A stretch of 55,679 bases of DNA from Chromera velia (Eukaryota), in contig JAHBMJ010000144.1 in assembly GCA_018398765.1 (NCBI GenBank), forward strand, positions 1-55,679. The letters run 5' to 3'. Position numbers and translations under genes: made by a program. Below the pieces are notes generated by a model that was not told the origin of the DNA, made no database searches, and was given only the letters and a program-made list of their open reading frames with translations. Positions 36,817 to 53,897 of the stretch are shown one piece after another (position 1 is the first letter of the stretch; each line of letters starts with the position of its first letter).

Positions 36817-38025
36817 ATGCATACAGTCAGCGAGCAGGCAAAGTGTATCGTATGTCTGGAGATTGTCACAAAATGTGTGAGCACTGACTGTTGCGCTGTC
36901 CTGCTTTGTGGCTCGTGTGTGCCACCAGACCGGAACTGCCCTCAATGCAGGGAGAGGACCCAGTTCCCATTGAACCGTGCTGCCCAAAGATTGGTGGATC
37001 GTATTCCGGTCGTTTGTGAAGTTTGCACAGCTGAGTACGCACATGGCGATGGGCACAGCTGCATCGTGACACCGGTCCGTGAAGAGAGACCTCTGAGATC
37101 CCAAACACCGAGCACCAGATTACCGTCTCCTTGTCCGTCTCCAAACCCTGTCGAGGCGTCTCCGTCTCCCCAGTCGCATGCATGGATTGTTTGCCGAGCA
37201 CAGGGTCAGTCTCTCTCGAGAGTCACCCTCTGGTACGCAGACCTCGTTGCCGAAAGAAGCACCGGCTTCGATTTTCCGAAGAACACAAAATTCTGCCGTT
37301 CGGGTCAAATCGTGTGGGGTCTGTGTTCAACTAACGATGTGCCTCTGCACGGATTGTGGTGCGTCACACGTACAACAGAAAGACGCATTTACAAGTATCC
37401 ATCCAGCTCTAAGATGGTTGCAGATGGTCACGGCGGGCTGTGGATTTTGTGTGGGACCGACGGGTGGGAGGGTACTTGGCGTTTGTGGCACGTGACAGAG
37501 GGCCGGGAAAAAAATTGCTGGAGCTACCCACGAAGATCGTCTCTTGTGGGGGACGGGTGTGGTGGCGTGTGGGTATTGTGTGATGGAGATTTGTGGCATG
37601 CAAGTGAAGAGGGGGAATGCAAGTTCCACTCCTTTTCGAGAGAGACGAGACTTCAGTCAGACGGGGAAGGGGGGGCGTGGGTTCTGTGTGACGAACAGCT
37701 TTGGCATGTCAACAGAGCGCACAAACGTAGGTTCTACAGTTTCCCCAAAAACTCGAAAATGACATCTGACGGGTGTGGGGGGTTGTGGGTACTGTGTGCA
37801 ACCAGAAGCACCGGAGCCCTGTGGGGTCTCTGGCATGTCTCACAGGGATTCGAACAGCTTAAGCACCAGTGCCCCGCAGACACGCAAATGTGCGGGGATG
37901 GCAGCGGAGGCGTGTGGCTGCTCCCGAAGAGCGGGAAGCTCTGTCACGTCTCTGCAAATGGACACAGAGAGACGGGTTTCGTTTATCCTTCCAATGCGAG
38001 GCTCATCACAGAAGAATGCGTGTGA
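36817..38025 (+). CDS. Intronless RING-finger (C4C4-like) + TRAF-like zinc ribbon + ~7-bladed beta-propeller protein; putative E3 ubiquitin ligase
   Basis: 402-aa ORF. N-terminal CIVC...DCCAVLLCGSC...CPQCR, then LNRAAQRLVDRIPVVCEVC...HSC, a Pro/Ser linker, and ~36-43-aa repeats with consensus [YF]P..[ST].[ML]..DG.GG.W[VI]LC...LWHV. Confidence 0.85.
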   Translation: MHTVSEQAKCIVCLEIVTKCVSTDCCAVLLCGSCVPPDRNCPQCRERTQFPLNRAAQRLVDRIPVVCEVCTAEYAHGDGHSCIVTPVREERPLRSQTPSTRLPSPCPSPNPVEASPSPQSHAWIVCRAQGQSLSRVTLWYADLVAERSTGFDFPKNTKFCRSGQIVWGLCSTNDVPLHGLWCVTRTTERRIYKYPSSSKMVADGHGGLWILCGTDGWEGTWRLWHVTEGREKNCWSYPRRSSLVGDGCGGVWVLCDGDLWHASEEGECKFHSFSRETRLQSDGEGGAWVLCDEQLWHVNRAHKRRFYSFPKNSKMTSDGCGGLWVLCATRSTGALWGLWHVSQGFEQLKHQCPADTQMCGDGSGGVWLLPKSGKLCHVSANGHRETGFVYPSNARLITEECV

Positions 38026-38326
38026 GGCGGCGCTCGACTATGCGATAGGCTGAGCGATCCAGAGCCCCATTTAGATCGATTTTTTGCGTGGAAGGGGTTC
38101 ATTGATGGCTCACTGGTATGCATGGTGTCATATTCTGTTGGCTTCAAGCAGCGGCCGGCAGAGTGAGTGCTCTGGAATGCAGACACAGGCAGGCAGCCTA
38201 GGATGCATGGTGGGCGTGTGTGGACTTTTGTGTGCTGAACCACAGCAGCAAGATGGATGTTCTTTTGGAAGGTTCTTGAATTCCTGTCTGTTCTTTGAGG
38301 GTCTCATTATGGCATATTTGGAAGTC

Positions 38327-39145
38327 AGTGAGTGAGTGAATGAGTGAGTGAGTGAGTGAGTGAGTGAGTGAGTAAGTGAGGGAGGGAGTGAGTGAGTGAG
38401 GGAGTGAGTGAGTGAGTGAGTAAGTGAGTGAGTGAGTGAATGAGTGAGTGAGTGAGGGAGGGAGTGAGTGAGTGAGGGAGGGAGTGAGTGAGTGAGTGAG
38501 GGAGGGAGTGAGTGAGTGAGTGAGTGAGTAAGTGAGTGAGTGAGTGAATGAGTGAGTGAGTGAGTGAGGGAGGGAGTGAGTAAGTGAGTGAGTGAGTGAG
38601 TGAGTGAATGAGTGAGTGAGTGAGGGAGTGAGTGAGTAAGTGAGTGAGTGAGTGAGTGAGTAAGTGAGTGAGTGAGTGAGTGAGTGAGTGAATGAGTGAG
38701 TGAGTGAGTGAGGGAGTGAGTGAGTGAGGGAGTGAGTGAGTGAGTGAGTAAGTGAGTGAGTGAATGAGTGAGTGAGTGAGGGAGGGAGGGAGTGAGTGAG
38801 TGAGGGAGGGAGTGAGTGAGTGAGTGAGGGAGTGAGTGAGTAAGTGAGTGAGTGAGTGAATGAGTGAGTGAGTGAGTGAGGGAGGGAGGGAGTGAGTAAG
38901 TGAGTGAGTGAGTGAGTGAGTGAATGAGTGAGTGAGTGAGTGAGGGAGTGAGTGAGTAAGTGAGTGAGTGAGGGAGGGAGGGAGTGAGTAAGTGAGTGAG
39001 TGAGTGAGTGAGTGAGTGAATGAGTGAGTGAGTGAGTGAGTGAGTGAGGGAGTGAGTGAGTGAGTGAGTAAGTGAGTGAGTGAGTGAATGAGTGAGTGAG
39101 TGAGTCAGTGAGTGAATGAGTGAGAGAGTGAGTGAATGAGGAATT
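38327..39145. repeat. ~800-bp (GAGT)n microsatellite with GAGG/AAGT/GAAT variants
   Basis: Directly visible. Confidence 0.97.
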
Positions 39146-39419
39146 GAGTGTGTGTGTGTGTGAGACAGAGTGTGTGTGTGTGTGTGAGAGAGAGAGAAAG
39201 AGAGAGAGAGCAAAAAGACGAAAGAAATTTGTAAAGAAACGAAAGGAGGAGATGAAGAAGTAAAGAAAAGGAAGGGAAGAGGTGGGGGGAGACCTCCGTA
39301 ATGTTTGCCTTCTCTGCCTATTTGTCTGCTTGTCTGCCGCGCGCGAGCAGTTCCTTGGTCTTTATCTCTCTCTCTCCCTCTCTCTTTCTCTCTGGCTCTC
39401 TCTGCCATTCGATTTCCCG

Positions 39420-39509
<90 letters not shown>

Positions 39510-39908
39510 GTGTCGTGTTTTCACATGCTCGGCTTCTGAAAGTGTCATGAATAAACGAAAGAGAGCGGGCCAAAAAGTTTGTGCGAAAAAAAGAATCACA
39601 TCGACAATGCAACTTGTGGGTATTTTTTTCGATCTACATATGTCACCAGATGTGCCCTGTGACTCTGCCAAAGCTTTCTGCCGAGCATGCACAGTACCCA
39701 CTAGAGTACACACTCCCCGTGCACCCTAACGTGCATCAAATCCCCTCAAGCTCTAATGCAATCAGTGTACCATGAAACGCTAAGTGGCACGTCTCACTGG
39801 CAAAACGTTTGTGTCTGAAACTGAAATTCTCATATCATCATGAGTCATATGCATTTCGTGTTTCTCTAATCACGTATTAAAACCAGCGCCTTATAACCAA
39901 TCCAACGA

Positions 39909-40240
39909 CCCTGCAAGGACCTAGGAATTTAGACAGGAATTTAGAGGAATTTAGACAGGTTTCTAAAGGAATTTAGAGCTCTAAATTACCAAACTTTGGA
40001 GGTCGATTTCTCATGAACTATGATGAGTTAGAACTTGATATTAACGGTGCTTATAGCTCTAATATACATCTATAAGCACTGTCAATATCAACTTCTAACT
40101 CATCATATAGTTCATGAGCAATCGACCTTCAAAATTTGCTAAATTCCTCTAAATTCCTGTTTTTAAATTCCTTCAGATTCCTAGTTAAATTCCTCTAGAT
40201 TCCTCTAAATTCCTGTCTAAATTCCTAGGTCTTTGCAGAG
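39909..40240. mobile_element. Foldback/MITE-like palindromic element (~330 bp)
   Basis: Ends CCCTGCAAGGACCTAGGAATTTAGACAGG / CCTGTCTAAATTCCTAGGTCTTTGCAGAG. Arms pair almost to the centre (cttatag ... ctataag near 40050-40075). Subterminal GGAATTTAG repeats. Confidence 0.85.
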
Positions 40241-40736
40241 GACTCCTGCTACGCCTCCACCATATAAAATTCTAGATAAAATTTCTTTTATATACATATA
40301 TGTATACCATTTTTTTAATAGCGAGACTATAAGACTAGGTCCTAGACTAGGTTCAAGAATTAGTTTATCTACCAGCTACTATAGACCAGCTAACTGACCT
40401 ATATATACTAATAGTTGTTAGACTGTAACTTTAATCGGCAATTTAATCTTAGATTTAATCGGCAAAGTTGTCTGTGCATGTCGGCCGGCAATTTAATCAT
40501 ATATCGGTTCTGCGGCCAATTAATGACATCGGCCATAATTGGAGCGCGTGCAATACTCGAAGTGCCGGCTGGAATTAAACGCAATTTTAACCTTTTTTAT
40601 GTGCACAAACGGCTCTAGGAACGGCTTTATAACCTAGTTTATAACATATATACAGTTAGATATTTTAATCATTTTTATTTGATAAATAGCTAGATAAATA
40701 ATATATAAAGCTAAAGAAAAAATATAAATAAACGCG

Positions 40737-40774
<38 letters not shown>

Positions 40775-41065
40775 ACTAGGCTTTCCAGCATTTAAAATTC
40801 ATGCATGACAATCATGTTGAATCATCACTATTATACGTCATCCCCATCAGTGATATTAAAGACTAATTTAAAGTGATAAGTAATTTATTGGTGCCTTAAA
40901 ACACTGTCATCGTTTTATCTTTTAGAGATCACCCCCACCCCCCCCTGGCGGAACTACGTACAGCGTTGCACACACTTTTATCAGTCTATATTATTTTTTG
41001 CTGCCCAAAAACTTGCACAACCCCAAGATACAGAGCCTGATCGTTACAAAGAATTAATAACTATT

Positions 41066-45886
<4,821 letters not shown>

Positions 45887-48262
45887 TCACAACATTTCCT
45901 GTTCGAGAGCCTCTTACTCCTTGACCCCCCCTCTCTACCGCCCCCTTTTCCACTCAGGCAAGGAGCCGTCTGTGCACTCTGTGCAGGCTTTGAATCATGA
46001 CGTGGAGAACAAGAACTTCAAATTATTGCTGAATTCAGAAGGCAGACGCCATCCCTGCAAAGAGGCTGCACAGATTCGATTAAGGGGGCAAAACCGTGCA
46101 TGTCAAATGCCTGACCGATTTCATTCCCTTTTGCTGAACAGTTAGAGGGCACGGGGGGAAGAGCAGAATCGGAAGAGGATTCGGATCGCCTTTAGTGTAC
46201 TAATACAGACGCAGGAAGATACAGCAAGAAAGAGTGTCGAAGAGACTAATTCTCTATCCATAAATCCTTCAGTCCTTCCCTTACTCGCGCACTAACTTTC
46301 TCTCTAGCTGAATGTTGCTCAACTCAGTCCGTATGAGTGAATGCACGAGTTTTTGAAGAAAACTAGAACAAAGGTCTTGCAGAACAGATGAAGAACCGTT
46401 GAGCTTCAAGAGGCGTACATGCACGCACGTACCAGCCAACTCTGAGCGATCGAAAAAGACGAAGGCTTGCTGAGACAAATGGAACGGCCCAGCATCGAGG
46501 AGCTGCCTGGCACAGGTCATACAAAGAGAGGAAGAATGCTCACCCTGTACTTTTTATTTTCCCTCTTCTTCTCGGAGGAGTCCCTTGCTCTCCCACTCCT
46601 CCGTCGCCCCGTCCCCTCTCGTCTTTGCCCTCTCTCCCTCCCTGCCCGGTCGACCGGAGCCTTGTCTAGACCCTGCCTCAGGGTCTCCTCCTATGCACGC
46701 TCGTTCCATTACCAGCCGCCGCCTCTGAAGCCTCGTGCATCCACAGTACCAGAATGCAGATTAGCGAGCAACACAAGGAAGAGAGAAGATGGACAATGAC
46801 CTACACAACACAGAAGCGGATGTGCAAATTCCGATCTAATCTCTGCTCTCAAAGCAGTCTGCTCCCGCCGAACATGCACTGATCGAAAGAAAACGGAAGC
46901 ACGCATAGCTACAGACAAGGACACTCCAAGCATTCCTTCCAACACCTTCGCGACAAATGCGGACAACCCATACTTCTCTACCGATGTGCTGTGTGTGCGC
47001 AGCCGTGTGCCGCCTGCGGACAAGTAGATGGAAAGTGAACCACCCTGCTTTTCCGTGCATGTATCACTCGAACCTTCGCTTCCCTAGCCGATCCGTGATC
47101 GGTCGATGAGGTTGTTCTGCTCACTTTCGAAGGCGTGTGCGCGTGAGAGTGCCAGTGAAACAGAAAGAAAAAGTGTCGTTCGATCTGCTCTCTTCCGGTT
47201 GTCGTCACGTTTCCGGGCGGTTCACCTGTGATTTGTTGTTCGTGGGCTTTTGACTTCCTGCAGTCAGTGCCTACATGGAGGAAGGTACCAGTCCTGCATG
47301 AAACACCAGCATGAGCAGAAGACAAGCCACAAATGGGGCACCGGTACTGGCAGAAGTACTTCACAAATTAAGACAAGATACGCTGGCACTTTGTGTACCG
47401 TTGCAGCATGGTTTTCTGTAGAACTGACTTCTTTGATGTGCCCGTGTATGGCTCCGCTTTGGGATTCTCCGTTTCATCCTCTGCGTATATCTCGACTTCG
47501 GAAAAAGATTCATGGGCGTACAGATTCGAGTTGTCGACCGCCCTTGCAAAACTGCCGTCACGACCAGCGCCGCCGCACCGCTCTGGGTAACGAATCTGTG
47601 CAAGAACACACAAGATCACAAACGCACGTGTTAATTGTCTCTTAGCAAGGCTGATTTTATAGAGTTACCCGTCTGATCGACGCGGTTGATCACAGCTACA
47701 GTGAGGTGTCCTGTTGCCCCGCGGCGATTTCTTCCGGACGAATTGCATCGAGGGTTCTGAATTAAGGTGAATTACAAATTAATCCGCAGACTGTCAGATG
47801 CAGCTAGACAGTCCCGGCAGATAAGGAGACGGAATGGAGACGGATGTCAAGCATATCCGATCCATATCGGACATATCCGATCCATGCACCCGAGCAATCC
47901 ATGCATGCAGCGTGTTTTGGCGCAATTCATGCAGTCTGCATGCATGCATGCAGTAGTTCAGTTGAATCGCGCGCCAATCGCGCGCTATAACAGTTGATTT
48001 TATATTGATTTTCAACATGCAGAATTTAATTCTACAGCTGCATGCATGTGTCCATTCTTCGAATTATATATATATATCGCCTGGCAGCTCGAACCATCCC
48101 ACCATGCACATATATATATGTACTGCCCCCTCCCAGAGTGCCTCTCCTTCATGCGACTTGCACTGGCGACTTATATATCGATCGATATATCGACAAGCAA
48201 CTGTTCCTGTTGCAACACCAGACTTGCAACCTTCTTGCAACACCCTAAAACTGTCTGTCCAA

Positions 48263-48452
48263 CCTTCTCCCTCAGCAACACAAGATCATCCAGAGTCCCT
48301 CCTCCTCTTCCAGTGTCTCCACTGCAGCAGCAGCAACAAACATACTGCGTGTTTTAGGCAGTCGAGTGGACAGACGACCAAACTTTTGTGGCGGGGGGGC
48401 CGGCGCGGGTCGGGAGCAGGAACAAGTGTGTGAGAGGACAAGAACAGTTGTT
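48263..48452 (+). pseudogene. Diverged copy of a fragment of the TRP-channel gene exon (source ~21805-22001, minus strand)
   Basis: ccttctccctcagcaacac...gtccctcctcctcttccagtg...aggcagtcgagtggacagacgaccaaac...ggcgcgggtcgggagcaggaaca...gtgtgtgagagg aligns with the reverse complement of 21805-22001, with indels. Confidence 0.85.
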
Positions 48453-48540
48453 ATTGATCGCTTGAGCCGAGGTTCACGCGGATCGGCCACTGAACGGGCC
48501 AACCAACGCGCCGCTCCGCACTCCGAACACACAACAGAGA

Positions 48541-51098
48541 ATGTCGCAGGTCAAAGGACGATACGTTGGAATGGTGAAGCTCGGGGAGGGTTCTTACGGG
48601 GATGTGATCAAATCAAGAGATCTGGTCAGTGATGTTGTGCCACGATTCTGCACGTGCTCCCCTTCCTTCCTCCCCCCCTTGATTTTCTGCATTTGCTTAT
48701 ATATATATGTATATATATATTTCTCTGTATACGTTCCCGCTCTTTGTCCGTCCTGCTCCTGCGCTCCTCTTTGAGTCATCCTTTGCCAGGTGTTGCTTGA
48801 GTTCCCCTCATTGACTCTGGTTTTCCTGTGACACTTCCCCCCCCCCCCCCCNNNNNNNNNNNNNNNNNNNNNNNNNNNNNNNNNNNNNNNNNNNNNNNNN
48901 NNNNNNNNNNNNNNNNNNNNNNNNNNNNNNNNNNNNNNNNNNNNNNNNNNNNNNNNNNNNNNNNNNNNNNNNNNNNNNNNNNNNNNNNNNNNNNNNNNNN
49001 NNNNNNNNNNNNNNNNNNNNNNNNNNNNNNNNNNNNNNNNNNNNNNNNNNNNNNNNNNNNNNNNNNNNCCCTCTCTCTTTCTTCCCGCCTGTATGAGTCC
49101 CCTCACTGACGGTGTCCATGTCATCTTCTTCTGCTTCTGAAACCTTGCAGAAAACCGGTGACCTTGTGGCCATCAAGCGAGCCAAAAAGGGATCTGGTAG
49201 GGGATGGAAGGTGACGTGTCTTGTTTGCAATTTGTCTTATTCTGATGATCCTCCTTTCTGGTTCATCGTGTTGATGCATTCAATCAGCCAAGCTTTCGTG
49301 CTCGTGGATTTCTCTTCCTGGACCTCTCGCTCTTCCTTGTCCCCTCTCCCCAAGATTCGTTCTGTCTATCCCGCTGTTTTCTTTCTATGTTGATGGATGC
49401 CAGCGCTTCCTTCTCCTTTGTACACAGGCTGACACTTCTTCCAAAGCGAATGAAATGCAAAAATGGAGGCTCGGGCACAAAGGCAGGATCGAAGTACCCA
49501 ATGGATTGGATGGCAGGTTGCATTTTGAAGGTTTTTTGTTTCCTTGAGGCCCCTCTGTATCGTTGATGTACGTTCTTGACTTCGATCAGATGTCCGCATG
49601 TACTCCTGCCGTCTCCTCAGACCGCTTGCTGCCGGTCTCTCAAAGAACGGCGCGGCTCGTGTTGAGGAGGCCTTGGCTGAGAAGTAAAGCCAAGTTTTGT
49701 GCCCAGCTTCACACCTCCAGATGTAAAAAGAGCGGTCAACGCATGCAGCAAAGTCTAGCTAGCTCCCGGCTATCGGCATTTTCTTCTGTGTCAGATTCTG
49801 GAAAGGAACCCAAAATTGAATGTCCTGTCTTCCCGTGACCTTTCACATCCTTTCATCCCCTATCTTCCAATCTGGCCTCTGTTTCTCGCTGTCGCTGCGC
49901 TGACGCTGTCTCTCCTCCCCGCTTCAGCCTCCACTGATTTGTTTCCATGTCTAGTCGCCCAGGAATCCGCGTTCACAACCTGCCTTTTAGCTTGTGTGCT
50001 TTTCATGAACGGTTCTCTTTACGTTTCGGTGCTGCAGCCTGAGATCTTTAGTACAGTCTGCTTCCTCATCTTGCATGTGGTGTCTCACGCTCCCCCCTTG
50101 TTTCCCTCCATCCCGTTCTTTCTTATTCTTTCTTTCTTTCTTTTTTGTTCTCGCTTTCAATGCAGACAACAGCATTGTGGAGGAGGGAGCCCTGCTCCAT
50201 GCACTAAAGGGAGTTCCACATGTTGTGCAGCTCCGAGAGGCAATAAAAAAGGAAGGGCGACCGTGCCTTGTCCTGGAACTCCTTGACCTCACTCTCCTTG
50301 ACCTCCTCCACAAAAGTTTCCCGAATGGCCTTCCGGTCAGCCGAAACACGTGTGCGTGCGTGTCTGACACATTCAACCGCTTTTTTACATTCCCACACGT
50401 GTAAAAGTTCAGTCACTCTTAGTCCTTGTCTTCTTCGAACCAGACAAAAGTGTGAATACGTGTCGTCGTCGGTACAATTCTTCATGCATTCAAAATTGAA
50501 ATGACGCCCATGCACGCCCACTCCTTTTGAGCCTTTCGCACTGAATGATTGTACGGGTCTCTCTCGCCTTCCTTCCTTCTCCCTCTCTTTGCAGGACACT
50601 GTCATCAAAGCACTCCTAAAGCAACTTTTGATCGCCATCAAAGTTTGTCACGAAAAGGGAATAATCCATCGCGACCTGAAGCCAGAGAACCTCCTTCTTA
50701 GAAAGTCAGTCTGGACGAAAAGACAACAGAACTTTTGGCGTGACGCGATCATTTGGAAAATAAAAAATTAGACTTTCCGTGTGTGCATTTCTTCGTCCGA
50801 CTCGGTCACTCTAGTTGTTTGCAGCGGGGACTTTTGTGCGTCCATCTGCCGCTTCCTTCTCTAATATTTTGCTTTTTCATTTCACTCCTTATCTCTCGTT
50901 CTGCCAATCTTTTGTCTCACTTTCTCTCTACGTCTGGATTATTGCATGTTCTGTGAGCATGAGTCGGTTGGTCTATGTGTGTCTGTGTCTATGTCTGTGT
51001 TTGTCTGTCTCTCTGTCTCTCTGTCTCTCTGTCTCTCTGTCTGTCTGTCTGTCTGTCTGTCTTGTCTGTCTGTCTGTCTGTCCGTCTGTCCGTCCGTC

Positions 51099-51133
<35 letters not shown>

Positions 51134-51362
51134 CATTGTTGGTTCTGTTCTTTCTTTCTTTCTTTCTTTCTGTCTGTCTGTTGTGTACATGAAGAAAAGA
51201 AGGGAGAAGAAGAAACATATAGTCGGTCTGTCTGTCTGTCTGTCTGTCCGTCTGTCTGTCTGTCTATCCGTCTGTCTGTCTGTCTGTCTGTCTCTGTCTC
51301 TCTCTCTCTCTGTCTCTCTCTCTCTCTCTGTCTCTCTCTCTCTGTCTCTCTCTCTCTCTCTG

Positions 51363-51421
<59 letters not shown>

Positions 51422-52342
51422 TTGTCTATGCGTGCGTGCGTGCGTGCGTGCGTGTGTGTGTGTGTGTGTGTGTGTGTTTCTTTGCAAGTTTTCTCTGGCT
51501 GATTTGTGTTACAGCGGATAAATAATGGGACCGTTCTGATGGTACGTTTGTTTTTCGAAGCGTGTCTACAGATTTGTTCATGTGTTGCTTTGTCTGCAAA
51601 TCTGCTTACACTTCTTTTTTGTGCGTGTTTATACGCAGTCTGAGACGATCTTTAGAATTGAAAGTGTGCGACTTCGGGCATGCCAGGAAGAAGGAGGAGG
51701 TTCTAAAGACCCAGAAATGGAGCAAATACGTTGGCACCATATACTACAGAGCTCCAGAGGTCCTGTGCGAGCTCCCATACGGAGTCCCGGTAGACATGTG
51801 GGCTGTGGGGTGCATTTTTGCAGAGATGGTGACAGGTGTCATCCTGTTCCCTGGGATCTGCAGCCAGGATGTACTGGAGGTGCAGGCTTGCACGCTAGTG
51901 CCATGTTCCGGGGGTTTGAGACTGCCTTCAGTCAAAGAGAGGTCAGGCTGTGAGTGGGCTCTGGACAAACGTAAACTCCAACTCGGGGCAAGGTTCATAC
52001 CGGAAGAGTCATCGTCATGCAGCAGAAAAGCTAGTGATCTAAAAAGTTGAAGCAATGCGGTTGACCTTTGCTTCTTTCCTCGCCTTCTCTGTCATTTTCT
52101 TTGAGGATTGATCTCTGTTGTTCTGCCTTCCTTTGGCTTCCTTCGGACTCATTTGACTTAGGCGAAAGACCACTGTACATGTCATGAAGCACAGGTCCTT
52201 TTGTTTTCTTCTTTTTACTTGCAGGCTCTGCGGCAAAGTTTCAGAGGGCGCGATCCACTTCATTGAGCGACTGTTGACCGTCAACCCCGACAAGAGGATG
52301 ACGGCAGAGGAAGCACTGCAACACCCATACCTGTCAGTATAA
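48541..52342 (+). CDS. CMGC-group Ser/Thr protein kinase, CDKL/CDK-like; 6 exons
   Basis: Exons 48541-48624, 49151-49196, 50166-50335, 50595-50704, 51639-51992 and 52225-52342 splice in frame. Motifs: LGEGSYGDV, VAIK, HRDLKPENLL, DFG, YVGTIYYRAPE, DMWAVGCIFAEM, PDKRMTAEEALQHPYL*. Confidence 0.93.
48852..49068. other. Assembly gap (N run) in kinase intron 1
   Basis: Run of n next to a poly-C tract. A second 5-nt gap lies at 12331-12335. Confidence 1.
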
Positions 52343-53006
52343 TACTCTTCCACTGCGCCTTTGGTTGTGGGATCCATTTGTATGGGGAATTTGTTCTGAC
52401 CGCGCGCAGTCGTCACCATTTTGGGATGGCAATCGACACCGTCTGTCAGTGACTTCAGTTTTCCGAAAGACATTTCTCTTTTGCTTCCCCAGCAACTGTT
52501 GATTTTCAGCAGAATTTAATCTAGGAATTTAATTCAATTGTGTCCATTCTTCGAATTATCTTTCTCCCGCCTGTCTGCTTCGAAGCATCCCAGCACAGAT
52601 GTATTCCCCCCTCCCAGAGTGCCTCCCCTTAATGTGACCTACACTAGCGACTTATTTCTTTGTTTGACTCTGTGCAGCGGAGGCACGGCGGCGGCACCCA
52701 AACAGCTCGATTCGGAGCCCCAAGATCTCTGTGGAGTCAGCAAGAAGAAGCAAAAGCTTTCCTCAACCCGCTCTGGTCGGTCGCTACCGCCCGACGAAGT
52801 ACGCAACATTCTGTAGTCCGAAAGCATCATTATGTCGAGTGTCTCACATTGTCACGTTTCTGCAAAGAATTGCCACTGGCTGTTTTATGCTGAAGGAGAG
52901 CGTCTGCACTGCCGCGATCTTTCCCACTGCAGCATTCATCAGCATGACGTGAAAACACGTTGTACCTTCTTGTTCGGCCGTTGCATCTGCCTCTCAATGA
53001 CTTGGC

Positions 53007-53356
53007 TCGGGCTGTCAGCAACCATCATGGTGACCGACCGTTCGTTGACTCGCTTTGCTATGCAAATCGTTCAGCGACTCGCTTCGGGCTGTCAGCAACC
53101 ATCATGGTAACCGACCGTTCGTTGACTCGCTTTGCTATGCAAATCGTTCAGCGACTCGCTTCGGGCTGTCAGCAACCATCATGGTAACCGACCGTTCGTT
53201 GACTCGCTTTGCTATGCAAATCGTTCAGCGACTCGCTTCGGGCTGTCAGCAACCATCATGGTAACCGACCGTTCGTTGACTCGCTTTGCTATGCAAATCG
53301 TTCAGCGACTCGCTTCGGGCTGTCAGCAACCATCATGGTAACCGACCATTCATTGA
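53007..53356. repeat. 77-bp tandem repeat, ~4.5 copies
   Basis: tcgggctgtcagcaaccatcatggt[ga]accgaccgttcgttgactcgctttgctatgcaaatcgttcagcgactcgct starts at 53007, 53084, 53161, 53238 and 53315 (partial). Confidence 0.97.
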
Positions 53357-53897
53357 AGCGGCACAGGTCTTTTTGTACGCACGGCCGTCAGGTCAGGATA
53401 CAAAACAGCCAGAGGTAAGATTGAGTGACTGAGTCTTCTGCCATTTTTCTTCCTCAAAAAGTCGTCCAATATATGTTGCATTTGTTCTTCATGTTTCTCT
53501 CCGTGTTTTCCTTCCTCTTCTTTCTCGGTGGTTCCTTCTTCTCTCACTGTACGCAGGCAAAGACAAAAAATCCCCTCCTCTCTTGGAATCCGATGCTCGG
53601 AAAGTGAAAAAGGAGGCCGAATTCAAGTGCATGTGCGAGTAAAAATGATCTTTATGTCTTTGACTCAGAAACACAACTCTAGCTCTAACGAATAGATTTT
53701 AAAATTCATGATAACAGTGATGATACAGATAATTTTGGGGGAGAAACTTTATAAAACGGTGAGGTTTTGATAATAATTGATATGTGACATATGCCTACAT
53801 ACTAAACCTTGCAAGTTTGAGTAATTTAATTTAGATTAACTAAGTATTTTAAGGGAATTTCAAATAATTTAGCTAAGCAATTTAAAGTCTGGATTCT

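Noticed and set aside
38128..39612. 494-aa (THSL)n ORF
   Set aside because: Translation of the (GAGT)n microsatellite.
46280..47650. Separate gene or 5' exons on the minus strand (e.g. FCQYRCPICG)
   Set aside because: No consistent exon chain or recognisable domain could be assembled. It may belong to the decayed gene downstream, but this is unsupported.
52538..52816. 92-aa ORF with faint similarity to a channel segment (PPRVPPLNVTYTSDLFLC vs PPRVRPCVVGSVQGNLYLC)
   Set aside because: The similarity is too short to distinguish from chance, and the ORF has no ATG start.
53007..53356. CRISPR array
   Set aside because: Units are identical end to end with no variable spacers, there are no cas genes, and the context is eukaryotic.
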